64,000 nucleotides of DNA from the human T2T-CHM13v2.0 reference genome, Homo sapiens: NCBI RefSeq assembly GCF_009914755.1, contig NC_060930.1. One strand, given 5' to 3'. Position 1 is the first letter of the stretch; each line of letters opens with the position of its first letter. Positions 1-13,562 of the stretch are shown here, piece by piece. The notes beneath the pieces are model-generated. The model did no database searches and was not told the DNA's origin. It was given only the letters and a program-made list of their open reading frames with translations. The position numbers were made by a program, and so were the translations under genes.

Positions 1-281
<281 letters not shown>

Positions 282-949
282 TGAGGTGGACTGACAGGAA
301 GCTGACACTCAGAGAATTTAGTAATTTCACCCAAGAACACACAGCAATTTGTTAGACCTAAATTGAGATGCATATCTGTTAACTTACCAAGTGCATGCTG
401 TTGGTTTTACACCATTATAAATATACCAACATCATTAGGATTTATACCCAAATGGGTTATCAGGCAGAAAACTCTATTTTTCCAGTCCTAGTAAGTTTTC
501 TGATCATCCAGCTTTCCAGGGATCACAACACTAATCTCCTGCCAAATCCGGAAAATGTGCTCCCATTCCTGGAGATGATTTTCCTTTACCTCTTCTCAAC
601 CTCTGCATGACAGTGACCATGAGGAGTTGTGAGTCTGCTCTTCAGTGGCTACACAGTGCTAACAGCTGTCCTGCATCCATTTTCTAGTGCAGTTCTGAAA
701 TTCTGACCAACCTCTACTAGCCAGGCACAAACATGAAATCCAATTGTAAGTAATAAAGTGCTGCAATGGAGCCTGGATGGAGCAAGGGCCTCAGAAAAAA
801 GGGAGCAGCAGTGTAAGCCCCAACTTCTATGAAATCTTATTTCCTTTTTCAAGTTGATCTACATTCATTACATTCTCAAAGCCTCACATGAATGGAATGG
901 AGAGTGTGATGGAAAAATCTGTTTAGAACTGAACCATTCTCTCCTCTTT

Positions 950-1335
950 CCTGTCAGGAAAGAGGTTATGCTGTGATAACAATACCAATCCTCAGTGACT
1001 TGAAACAGCATAGGTTTATTTCTTGCTGCTGCTGCATGCCCATTGTCATCCAACCAGAGGTTCTGCCTTGTCATCTTCACCCAAAGATGTGGACTGACAG
1101 AACACCCACCATCTCAAACACTCCTAGGTGCTGGGAAAGGAGGAAATAATAAGCATGACAAATGGCAAACTAGCACTTAGTTTCCAATCGGAAGTGGCAT
1201 AACACTTTGACTCATTGGTCATTTGCCAAAGCAAATCTCATGGCTACATATAACTTCAAGGTGAGGGGAAATAAACCAATCATGTGGCAGGAAAGGGAAC
1301 CAGAAATATTTGGTGGATGATATGAATGACTACTA
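950..1335. mobile_element. Old MaLR LTR fragment (MLT1-like)
   Basis: ggttatgctgtgataacaa...cagtgacttgaaacagcataggtttatttcttgct resembles an MLT1 terminus. Confidence 0.5.
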
Positions 1336-1842
1336 ACTGGCTCTTTGCCTCCAGTCTTGACCGATTGAAATTGATTATCCATGTTGAACCAGAGTAATCA
1401 TTCCAAAATACAAATTTGAATATGTTACTCCCTTAGCCAAAAATAATATATAGACTCCCCCTGCAATAAAATGTGGAGCCCAAACTCCTAGATCGGGTTC
1501 CTGTTTTCCAGACTTTACCATCCCCACCTCCTAAGGCTCAACCACCTAGAATCCTGCAAGTTCACACAACTACCTGCAAGTGCAAGTGTATGAACCACAC
1601 CAGGCTCTCTGCCACCTTTAGCCTTTGAACGTGCTCCTCCCTCTCTTTGGAAGACTCTCCCCTCCAGCTCCTCTCTACCACCAACAAAAAGCACTTCCCA
1701 TGAAGTAACAGGATCTTTTTAATTGTCTACCTCTCAAAGTACACAGTAAGGAAAGTGAGGGTCAGGGTTTTGGCTCACTTATCCTTATACTCTTAGTGCC
1801 TGGCATAGTATCTGGCACAGTAGGTATGTAATGAATATTTAT

Positions 1843-2075
1843 TACAGTCACCCCTCAGTATCCCCAGGGAATTAGTTCCAGGACACCCCTCAGATACCAA
1901 AATCTGCAGATGCTGAAGTCCCAAAGTTGACCTTGCAGAACTCACAAATACAAAAAGTCGGTTCTCACATCCATGAGTTTAGCATCCTGAGAATATTGTA
2001 TTTTCAATTCATGTTTGCTTGTGGATGCAGAACCTGTGGGAATGGAGGATAGACTATATTTACAGAAAGAAATCC
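1843..2075. mobile_element. TcMar-Tigger MITE (MER2-like), next to an L2 fragment
   Basis: tacagtcacccctcagtatcc...ttccaggacacccctcagataccaaaatctgcagatgct. Confidence 0.6.
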
Positions 2076-2139
2076 TAGGGCCTGCGTCCTCACGAAAGCA
2101 TTGGCCTCCAGCGTGGGCTAACAGCAGAGCAGGGCAGAG

Positions 2140-2440
2140 CTGGCCCATGGTTGCAGACCTCTGTGCCAGCCTCCCCTAGACAAGAGCGCCGTGTCGAGGA
2201 GAAGAAATCGGCTCAAGCTCTGGGCCCATGATGCCTGCTCCTTCCAAAGACTGTGGCAGATTACGCCAACTGGGATCCGGCGGTCGCAAGGTCTAGAGGA
2301 GTCAAGAAAGCCATCACCAACGTCGTTCAGCAGGAAGTAAAATCCCTTTGTGTCTTGGAAGCCTCCCAGGTTCCTGCAGAAGAAGCTGTTTCTGGAGCTA
2401 GTGAGCCCTATGACATCATCGACAGCAGTAACTTGAAGAA
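2140..2440 (+). pseudogene. TMEM183AP1: TMEM183A processed pseudogene fragment (N-terminal part only)
   Basis: Translation [11 protein letters not shown]...[60 protein letters not shown] matches the TMEM183A N-terminus; intronless, frameshifted, truncated. Confidence 0.85.
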
Positions 2441-2536
2441 GAGCAGACATGGAAGAGAAATCTGCTTTTCACTTTATATTTTTGCCTGTCTTTTAAATGT
2501 TACAGCTGTGTGTGCTTTACATATTCAAAATAAATT

Positions 2537-2560
2537 GTGTGTATGTGTGTGTGTGTGTGT
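2537..2560. repeat. (TG)n microsatellite
   Basis: Seen directly. Confidence 0.9.
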
Positions 2561-2991
2561 AAATTTTAAGCAGTTAATAGGTTCAAGGCAGAAGTGGCTA
2601 CAAGTTTATGCCCCAGTAGGAATCAGTTCCAGTGCTCTTCATTAATTGCCAGGCAAAATAGCCATAGTAATGTAGTAACTAGAATAAAATTTAAATTAGG
2701 TTAGTTATAAACACCCTATCCATTATCGACTCCCAAAGCTGCTTCATCCATGAATATTTAATATGCCACAAAACTATCAGAGATTGCTAATATATCCCAT
2801 AATATAATATGAAACCAAAAGATTTTTCAAAAAGCTAAACTTGGGAGAGACTCATAGCAAAATGACATGTAATTCTGAGGTCATCACTGAGTATGGTACT
2901 TGAGTCTGTCGCCACATGTGAAAAGCATCTGAATATAATCCAAAAAGCTATTGCAGTCATGGGCTGCAGAATAATGCGGTGGCCAAGAGGC

Positions 2992-4252
<1,261 letters not shown>

Positions 4253-5019
4253 AGAGCCCTTTCGCATTGCGCAGCATCCAATTTGAATCCTGGACCTGCA
4301 AACTCATGCCCAGGATATAGTGCCATATCAAGGGCAGCATTTGCATGTTTCTGGCAGGCCGGACGTTCAGTAGCTGCAGGAGTTAGATCAGTGTTGGTGA
4401 GTGAAAGCCATGCTGTTGAACACATACAGACCTGCATCCTGCCACCATAGTTACTGCCTTCATAAGTCCATTTTTACCAGCACTAGGGTGGCCTGTGGAG
4501 AAGACTGCTTAGTGTGAACTGGCCTATAGTCACTGTTTACTTGGTTTAGAAGAGGTTTAGAGCCTCTTCTATTGTGGATGCTTTCTAGTGGGCATTAGCA
4601 TGTAACACAAAGATATTCACAATTTTCCCAATTTCATAAATAAAAAGATTTCCCATTTTCATAAACCCATCCAAGTGCCTCTTCCTCAAATTTCATTGTT
4701 CTTCATCTTCTAAACCTCCTCCTTCCAAGCACTTGACCAACCAACCAAGCCATTTGCCACTGCCCATGTATTCACAAATATTCTTCCATTAGGCCATTAT
4801 TCTTTCTACACAAAATAGATAATCAGGTGCACTACTCAAAGCTTTGCCCATTGGGAAGATTTACAATTTCTACTGTCTTCCAGAACTACTCTTGAGTGTG
4901 GCTATAATGCAGCAGCAGTCCATTTTCAGCTCACACCAATGTGTTGAGCAGATACATCCATGAACCAAGGTCATCTTATTTTTCCTCCATTAGCCAATCA
5001 TAAAGTACCCCTCCCCCCC

Positions 5020-5545
5020 ATGACAGATTAAAGATGGCTGCAAACTATCGGACAATCATCCCATCAGGAGGGCTATCTATTTCCCCTCCCCTTGAATCTG
5101 TGCTAGTCTATGACTGTTTTGACAAAAACAGCGTGGCAGAAGTGACACCATGCCAGCTCTGGGGCCAGCCTGTAAGAGAACTGGCTGTTCCTCCTTGCTA
5201 TCCTGGAGTCCTGAATTTCCAAGTAAAAAGTCTATCATGCTGGGCAGACCATGTAGAAAGGCCCTGAGATAGCATGAAGACAGAGAAAATGAGCCCAAAC
5301 TTACAGTGAACCCACCAAGGTGCCAGGCATGTGAGTGAAGCTGTCTCGGACCCTCTAGAGCAGTCCATCTGCCAGCTGAATACTTCCAAGGGATCCCAGC
5401 TGATGCAACATGGAATATAAGGAAACCCAGCCAATTTCGTTCCAAATTCTTGGCCCACAACATGTGAGATACAATAAGGTTTGTGTTCATTTAAGCCATT
5501 AAATTTGGGGAGACTTTGTTATGCAGCAATAAATAACTAGAACAC
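5020..5545 (+). mobile_element. MaLR solo LTR (MLT1 family)
   Basis: attaaagatggctgcaaa...cccttgaatctg...ends ttgttatgcagcaataaataactagaaca. Confidence 0.75.
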
Positions 5546-6167
5546 TTCCATGAGCCACTGGTATAAGCAAGTTGGGAAGTACCAAGGCCACAGCGTGGAG
5601 GACATGGGAATCTGGGCCCCCCACTTCAGCACCTTGCATTTACCCTCCAGTTCTGCCCATGACTGATGCAGGATATACGACTTCTCTCTTACAACTGATG
5701 ATGTTGCAACCACTAGACCTCATCACTTGATTGATTTGACAGGACCCAGCTCATGATGGACAGTTGTAGCCTAATAGCCATTTGATGTCTCATGATCAGG
5801 AGCTCTGTCTCTAGTAAGGCCCAAGAGCAAGCTAGGACTTGTTTCCTAATGGGGTTTACTTTCCTGCAGCAGACAGCATAGATTTGATGAAGAACCCCAG
5901 GGATCTATGTTGTGATTTTCCTTTCAAGGCTTGCCCAAAATGCCACACTGTATCTTTTCCCACCACTGATACCTTTAGTGCCCCAGAGTCTATTGAGTCA
6001 CATGACCAAAGCACTACCACACGGCTGATATGACAGCTTAGAACAGCTGCGGACCCCAGGTCTGCTCTGGGCTTCAGTCAGTCGCTAGTAAACTGTTCCA
6101 TGTGGTATTCCCATGAGTGTGGAATATGTTTCCTCTAGATCCTAAATAGGACAACCAAGCATTCTCT

Positions 6168-6413
6168 ACCCTGGAGAAGAGGAAGGAGAAGACCAAGATT
6201 CACTGCTGGAAGAAGAAAACAGCCTATGAGGCTACAGAAACAGGCAGAAAAGAACGTGGAGAAGAAAACTGACAAATACACACAGTTCTCCTCAAGACCT
6301 ATGGACTCCTGGTCTGAGCCTAATAAAGACTGTTTATTCCAAAAACCACCTCTGTATTATAAATTCTTCTGTGTAATAGTGTGTTACTGTGCATCTCTTT
6401 CCAATTCTGCATT
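6168..6413 (+). pseudogene. Duplicated 3' fragment of the RPL13A retrocopy plus its downstream flank
   Basis: Encodes TLEKRKEKTKIH..MRLQKQAEKNVEKKTDKYT, then aataaa, a short A tract and the same flank as 7761-7823. Confidence 0.85.
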
Positions 6414-6930
6414 ACTGGTGTTAAGTGTGAAATGCAATAATGTGTTCTTACTTTAGAGGGATGTCCTGGCACAAAGTCTAAAAACTTCAAAGATGTGGAG
6501 GATGCTGAATCTTCACAGGGTGTATTTCCCACTCTCTGGAGTGCATTTGTCTTACCAGTGCCGCCAATATGCTTGCCCTCATGGCTCATTCTGTTTGGTT
6601 AATAAGATATTGTTGATACAGTGGAACGATGTCATGTTTTGTGGAATGTCCAGAAGGTCCACGTCCAGTGGTGTGCTGCATGCAGCTAGCTCATACTGCC
6701 TCATGGAGCCAACTGTTAAATTTTCAGAAATTGTGCAAACCAGTTGTTAAACATGACTATTATTTTAAAATAAGTTATTTTAAGGCATAGGTAACAAATC
6801 CCTAAGCTCTTCATTTTCTAGGTATTTAACTATCTTATCATATTTTCCATACTCTTCTGGTTATTTATATCTGTTATGTCTATATAATAAAGATACTAAA
6901 TAATGTTGTCTGTATAATAAAAATATTCTG

Positions 6931-7010
6931 GATTGGTGATGAGCAACAATCACCATCTTTCGTTTGAGTCTCATGGCCATGAGACCAACCCCATGCACTG
7001 CTCTGAGACC
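6931..7010 (+). ncRNA. SNORD32B: C/D box snoRNA U32B, retrocopy of SNORD32A
   Basis: Box C GTGATGA at 6936-6942, box D CTGA at 7003-7006, internal caccatctttcgtttga and ccatgcactgct guide segments characteristic of U32. Confidence 0.9.
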
Positions 7011-7760
7011 TGCCAGCCACTCCCATTCCTGGGGTGCGGTCCTCCTGGTTCAGAAGTGATTTTCCATTAGGCTATCTTTTAATTTAAACATGAACTCTGC
7101 TGTGCCCATCACTGTCTGTGTGCAGTCACAGGTAGAGGGAGAGCCTTCAGATGGCACCCTCAGCACTTCCCAACCCTTTCCTTCCCTCTAGGCCAGAAGG
7201 TGGTGGTCGTACAATGCGAGAGCATCAACATTTCTGGCAAGTTCTACAGAAACAAGTTGAAGTACCTGGGCTTTCTCCGCAAGCGGATGAACACCTTCTG
7301 GAGGCCCTGCCATTTCTCGGCCCTAGCCGCATCTTCTGGTGGATGGTGCAAGGCCCACTGCCCCACAAGACTCACCAAGGCCAGGCCGCCCTCAACCACC
7401 TCAAGGTGTCTGACGGCATTCCACCGCCCCATGACAAGAAAAAGCTTTGGTGGTTCCTGCTGCCCTCAAGCTTGTGTGTCTGAAGCCTACAAGAAAATTT
7501 GTCCGCCTGGACACCGAGCTCATGAAGTTAGCTGGAAGTACCAGGCAGTGACAGCCACCCTGAAGAAGAGGAAGGAGAAGGCCAAGATCCACTACCAGAA
7601 GAAGAAACAGCTTATGAGGCTACAGAAATAGGTGGAAAAGAACATGAAAAAGAAAACTGACAAATACACACAGGTCTCCTCAAGATCCATGGACTTCTGG
7701 TCTGAGCCTAATAAAGACTGTTTGTTTATTCCTCAAAAACAAACAAACAAAAAAAAACCC
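6931..7760 (+). pseudogene. RPL13AP: Semi-processed RPL13A pseudogene (snoRNA + retained intron end + spliced exons 3-end + polyA)
   Basis: Acceptor ttccctctag at 7182-7191, then [24 protein letters not shown]...[25 protein letters not shown] with frameshifts; aataaa at 7710-7715; A tail 7735-7757; flanking TSD. Confidence 0.92.
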
Positions 7761-8083
7761 TCTGTATTATAAATTATTCTGTGTAATGGTGTGTTACCGT
7801 ACATTTCTCTACAACTCTGCATTTTCAGTAATCTCATATTGACAGTTTAAAATTGGCCATGGTGAGAATATTTACACTGCAGAAATCAGCAAATGATGTA
7901 AATCAAGGCTTTTTTGCCTGGACTTGCAGCACATCCATGTCCCATTGGACCCTATTATGACGGGAGAGTTTTAACATGGTACTGAAGCAAAAATGTAAAT
8001 GTAAATGTACACTTATATCCATACCTGTAAATTCAAACTGCCTTTGGTCTTTCTTCCTGATAGTATTTGAAAAGAACACATTC

Positions 8084-8387
<304 letters not shown>

Positions 8388-9358
8388 TCACCAGATTAAT
8401 AGCCATATAACATGGACCTGAAACCGTGCTAATCAGGCACAACAGCTGTAATTACAGCTATTTCTTGGTTGAGTTTGTGCTAGTCTGGTCATCTTTCAAG
8501 TTGCATCTGATATTTGTAGTGACCAGACTGGTGAATTAAATGTGAAATATGATAGAAACAAACCCCCGCACCCTTTAAAGGTGGCCTCAATCAGCCATTT
8601 CCCTTGAATTGTGATATTGTTCTTGATTCACTGTCTTTGCGGTAAGAGGTGTAGATTCAGGGCTTCCACTTCAATCTGTAGCTCGTACTCCACAGACTAA
8701 AGAACTATGTGGGGATTCTGCCAATGGCCAAGCATGTGCATTCCAGTTACAGATTTAGAGACTGCAGAAATGACTACTGGGTAGATCCATGGACCTAGTA
8801 CATGCCATTTATTAGCTGATCTCATAGGCTCCCTTTCTAATGGAAGAGAAGCATAACGATTCAGTTATATGAAGATTGGCTAAATGTTCTAAGTACTCTC
8901 CAAACCCAGAGCTTTATAATTCTCTGTTACTACAGTGTGCTCCATCTCAGAATAACTAAATAGAAAAGGAGGAAGCTGAGAACTTTAAAAACTGAGGTCC
9001 TGAATAGATGAATCATAAGCCTGAGAGGACTATCAGGATGCCCGGGACTCACTGGAGGTGGGAGTAGAGACACTGTCCTTTTTCTTCCTGTTGACAGAAA
9101 GAAGCAATGAGTGACCTCTTTTACCTACCACAGTGATGACTATTGTTGGCATATTTCCTATAGATATTCCCCTGCCCCTTTTACCATAATTTGTGGCTAA
9201 TGAATTGTCTGTGGGCTATGGACCCTAGAGTCTCAGCAGAATTAATGAGCTCTTTCCCTCCGTGGGATCCCTCTACCACCATACCATGTCAACATTTCTA
9301 CCTCCAATGCCACTAAAACAGAGGCACACCTCTGCCTAGACTGAGGGGGAAAATTGTT

Positions 9359-9425
9359 GGCAAAGAACTCAATGGCAAAGAACTCGATGGCAAAGAACTC
9401 GATGGCAAAGAACTCAATGGCAAAG
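9359..9425. repeat. 15-bp minisatellite (ggcaaagaactcRat) x about 4.5
   Basis: Seen directly. Confidence 0.9.
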
Positions 9426-9679
9426 TTCTGACCTTGGCTTCATCCTCCCTGCAGAGATTTGGTGGGCTTTGGTTGGTGCAAACCCTCTACAGTTAGCAGA
9501 TTTGGGTTCAAACATCAGCTCTGGTGCTTACTAACTATACTGCCTTGGGAAAGTTATTTATATTTCTTTGTTTCAACTTCTTCATATTGGAAGGAAGAGA
9601 ATAATATGTAGAGTTGTGAAGGATAATCAGCAGTGTAGAGTAAATGTTTAATAAACAACTTGGTTGGTGGCAGATGGGG

Positions 9680-9830
9680 AGAGCCCTAATTTGTAGTGTT
9701 TGCCAATTTTCATAGTGTAAATATTCCTGCCATGGCTGTCTCAAGCCACTGATGGTTTAATAACTGTCTCACAAAATTCCTAAAAATTTACTAATCAAGA
9801 GATAATCTGAGCCAGCTCCAGCTCATCACA
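9680..9830 (-). mobile_element. Short MER63-like hAT element, next to a MIR fragment at about 9490-9660
   Basis: gccctaatttgtagtgtttgccaatt...ctcacaaaattcctaaaaattt...gagccagctccagc is the reverse complement of the MER63-like element at 6667. Confidence 0.55.
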
Positions 9831-10878
9831 CACATGTGTGCTTAGAAAAGTGCCAGATGGTCAGCATTAGCAATCCCTATTGTGACCAGAGATGCAGTTG
9901 CCCATTCAAGGATGCCCATTCCTTTTTATTTTTTTGTTTCTTCCTGATGTACAAGTGGAGGCTGGGCACCAGTTAAGAGCTCTGTCATGGGGAATTGCTG
10001 GTACCAGAAGAGATTTTTATTTGATTGAAGGTAAGCAGAACCTTTGCTCTTTGGCTGTGAGATATCAGTTTCCGCCTATCCTCAACACTGGAGGACCAGA
10101 TTTGGAGTTAAACTTACTCTAAAATCCTAGTCCTAGCACTTATTGACTAGGTAACCTTCTACAAGTCTCTTGTCCCGTCTGTGACTGTTCACTTTTTGGT
10201 AAAATTGGGATAATTTTATCTCTTTGTAGGGTCACTGTGAGAACCAGATGTTCAGGGAGTTGTTTATCACCATGCTTTGATGGTAGCTACTAACAGCAAG
10301 GGTAGCTCATGGTCACTAGACTATCATAAACCCCTTTCAAAGGACCTCCCAACTCCTTCCCCAGCTCCTAACACAATGCTGGCACTTTGGGGCTCAAGAA
10401 ATGAATAAATGCGTAGACCAATGCATGAATATTTCAGAAGGAAAAGGAGTAGGAGAAAAATAATGAGAGTGGAAAAGACAGAGAACAAAGAGGGAAAGGG
10501 AAACAGTCACTAAGAAAGGTGTAATCTAAAGAGATTCAGCGATATAGCAGAGAAAGGAAAGGAATGAAATGCCAAGATAATGACAAAGTTAGAAATGTAG
10601 AAAATTAATTAGGATGACACATGATGGATGAATAAGAAACAATTGGCTATTGTTTAAGGTTACATGCAAAGAATTTTATATTACAAAGAAAACAAAGGAG
10701 GGGGCGGCAGCCAATGAGCATGAGGTTTCTTTTGGGAGTAATGAAATATTCTGGAAGTAAATGGTGTTGGTTGCACAACTTGTGAATATACTTTAAACCA
10801 CTAAATTACACACTTCAAAAGGGCGAATTTTATGGTACGTTAAATACATCTCAAAAAATGAAAGCGAAGGCATAATTA

Positions 10879-11188
<310 letters not shown>

Positions 11189-12623
11189 TTAGAATGGTGG
11201 TGACATCTTGAGGGGTGACAAATTGAGAAAATTGAGAGATCAGGGAGGGGCACACAGAAGCTTCTAAGATACTTGAAACATTTGCTCAGTTCCTTAACCT
11301 AGTTGTTTAAATATGTAACAATATTTTGAAAATTAAAAATATATTTTAAGTGAGAAAAGAATAATGGGAAAAACAGGAAGAAGACAGAGACAATGGCAGA
11401 GAGTCCTGGCAAAAAGGGAGATGTGATAGAGCTTAATACAAGATGGGGACCCTGTAAGAGGAAGACATTCCTGCCATCCTCTGAGCTCCATGGCACGTTT
11501 GTGGTGTGGCCCACCATCTCATCTCCTCCCCTCATGGCCTTCCTAAGGTCCTGTAAGACCCTGAGTCCTTGTCTCTGACCTGCCAGAGTGGCTTCAGTCT
11601 CCCACCCCCAGCCCTCAACTGACCTTCTATGCCCCAATACATCTCTATTTTAAGGAAAAAGTCCAGTCACCTCCTCTAGGAAGCTTTCCCTGATATACCC
11701 AACCAAATTGGTCAGTCATCCTACAGAACCTTTACTCTCATTCACCCAGTACATTGGTGTTACTGGCCTTTAAATTTTGGACTCTCTTTTTGGTGGTGTC
11801 TGAAAGACTACAAGATTTAGGGAGAGTGATTCTTGGAGTCTTTCGATAATGTTCCTGTGAACCCTGGTGATTTTAACATGCTTGTGGCCACTCTTGCCTC
11901 CTACTTGTAAGCTACTCATGGCAAGGACGAAGCATGTGGACCAATTTCCACCCCTCCCTGAAAGTCAGTTGGTTCAGAAACTTAGGTTGCTAAAAAGGCC
12001 AGGGCAACCAACCTGATCTCTCTATAAGTAGGGATATCTTAAAACAAAACAAAATCTCTCTCATAGATAAAACACTGTCTCTGATAAGCTTACTTGCAAA
12101 TGAAAAAATACAAAATAAATGGAATGTACAGAGTTCTATAAAATTCATTCAACCAATAGAGCAATAATTGAGCCTACAGAGACAACTTATCAGAAAATTC
12201 ATTCAATATACCTTACGAGATCATCCAATAGATAAGAGACAACTCTAGAACAGCATTCAGAACATAGTGGCACTCAATAAATTTCCCCTGAATGAATGAA
12301 TTAATGAATTAGTGCATATTTTAATCAGCCTCCTTTGCCCTCACCCAGGAAGTCAGAGGCACCAGTGTGAGTATCCATCTGCTGTCCAGTACATTCATGG
12401 ATTCCTCACTCTCACTAGACAATGTTTGACCAGGAAGAACAGGGAATGAGAAGGAGCTGCTGGATGGTGATGAGCCTTGGAAAGGGAGGCTGGGCGAGCA
12501 GAGACAGAAGAGAAACACCTACCTGCTGTGACCTCACAAACACCCAGGCTGAGTTTTGATAAGACAGGTTGAATCACACTGGGGTGACAGCCTCATCCCT
12601 CCAGGTACAAACAAGAACAGGCC

Positions 12624-13562
12624 ATGGTTAACCAAAGCTCCACACCGGGCTTCCTCCTTCTGGGCTTCTCTGAACACCCAGGGCTGGAAAGGACTCTCTT
12701 CGTGGTTGTCTTCACTTCCTACCTCCTAACCCTAGTGGGCAACACACTCATCATCCTGCTGTCTGTGCTGGACCCCAAGCTCCACTCTCCAATGTACTTT
12801 TTCCTCTCCAACCTCTCCTTCTTGGACCTCTGTTTCACCACGAGTTGTGTTCCCCAAATGCTGGTCAACCTCTGGGGCCCAAAGAAGACCATCAGCTTCC
12901 TGGACTGCTCTGTCCAGATCTTCATCTTCCTGTCCCTGGGGACAACTGAGTGCATCCTCTTGACAGTGATGGCTTTTGATCGCTACGTGGCTGTCTGCCA
13001 GCCCCTCCACTATGCCACCATCATCCACCCCCGCCTGTGCTGGCAGCTGGCATCTGTGGCCTGGGTCATTGGGCTAGTGGAGTCAGTGGTCCAGACACCA
13101 TCCACCCTGCACCTGCCCTTCTGCCCCGATCGGCAGGTGGATGATTTTGTCTGTGAGGTCCCAGCTCTAATTCGACTCTCCTGTGAAGACACCTCCTACA
13201 ATGAGATCCAGGTGGCTGTTGCCAGTGTCTTCATCTTGGTTGTGCCTCTCAGCCTCATCCTTGTCTCTTACGGAGCCATTACCTGGGCAGTGCTGAGGAT
13301 TAACTCTGCAAAAGGGCGGAGGAAAGCTTTTGGGACCTGCTCCTCCCATCTCACTGTGGTCACCCTCTTCTACAGCTCAGTCATTGCTGTCTACCTCCAG
13401 CCCAAAAATCCCTATGCCCAAGAGAGGGGCAAGTTCTTTGGTCTCTTCTATGCAGTGGGCACTCCTTCACTTAACCCTCTCATATACACCCTGAGGAACA
13501 AGGAGGTAACCAGGGCATTCAGGAGATTGCTGGGGAAGGAAATGGGGCTCACACAAAGCTGA
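12624..13562 (+). CDS. OR2H2: Olfactory receptor 2H2, 312 aa, intact
   Basis: OR motifs GN, LHSPMYFFLSNLS, MAFDRYVAVCQPLHY, KAFGTCSSH, PSLNPLIYTLRN; N-terminus MVNQSSTPGF; splice acceptor ccctccag at 12597-12604 upstream; position next to GABBR1. Confidence 0.96.
   Translation: MVNQSSTPGFLLLGFSEHPGLERTLFVVVFTSYLLTLVGNTLIILLSVLDPKLHSPMYFFLSNLSFLDLCFTTSCVPQMLVNLWGPKKTISFLDCSVQIFIFLSLGTTECILLTVMAFDRYVAVCQPLHYATIIHPRLCWQLASVAWVIGLVESVVQTPSTLHLPFCPDRQVDDFVCEVPALIRLSCEDTSYNEIQVAVASVFILVVPLSLILVSYGAITWAVLRINSAKGRRKAFGTCSSHLTVVTLFYSSVIAVYLQPKNPYAQERGKFFGLFYAVGTPSLNPLIYTLRNKEVTRAFRRLLGKEMGLTQS

Larger units (their letters stand above)
6667..7930 (+). mobile_element. hAT DNA transposon (MER63-like), split by the RPL13A/SNORD32B retrocopy
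   Basis: cagtggtgtgctg...tgttaaattttcagaaatt at the left; continues after 7760 with taatggtgtgttac...ggccatggtgagaatatttacac. Confidence 0.7.

Noticed and set aside
9359-9425. CRISPR-like repeat
   Set aside because: Human DNA with no spacers; a simple minisatellite
12160-12315. Possible homeodomain and O/E olfactory promoter motifs upstream of OR2H2
   Set aside because: Weak matches partly within an L2 3'-end remnant; the coding exon has a splice acceptor, so the promoter is probably further upstream
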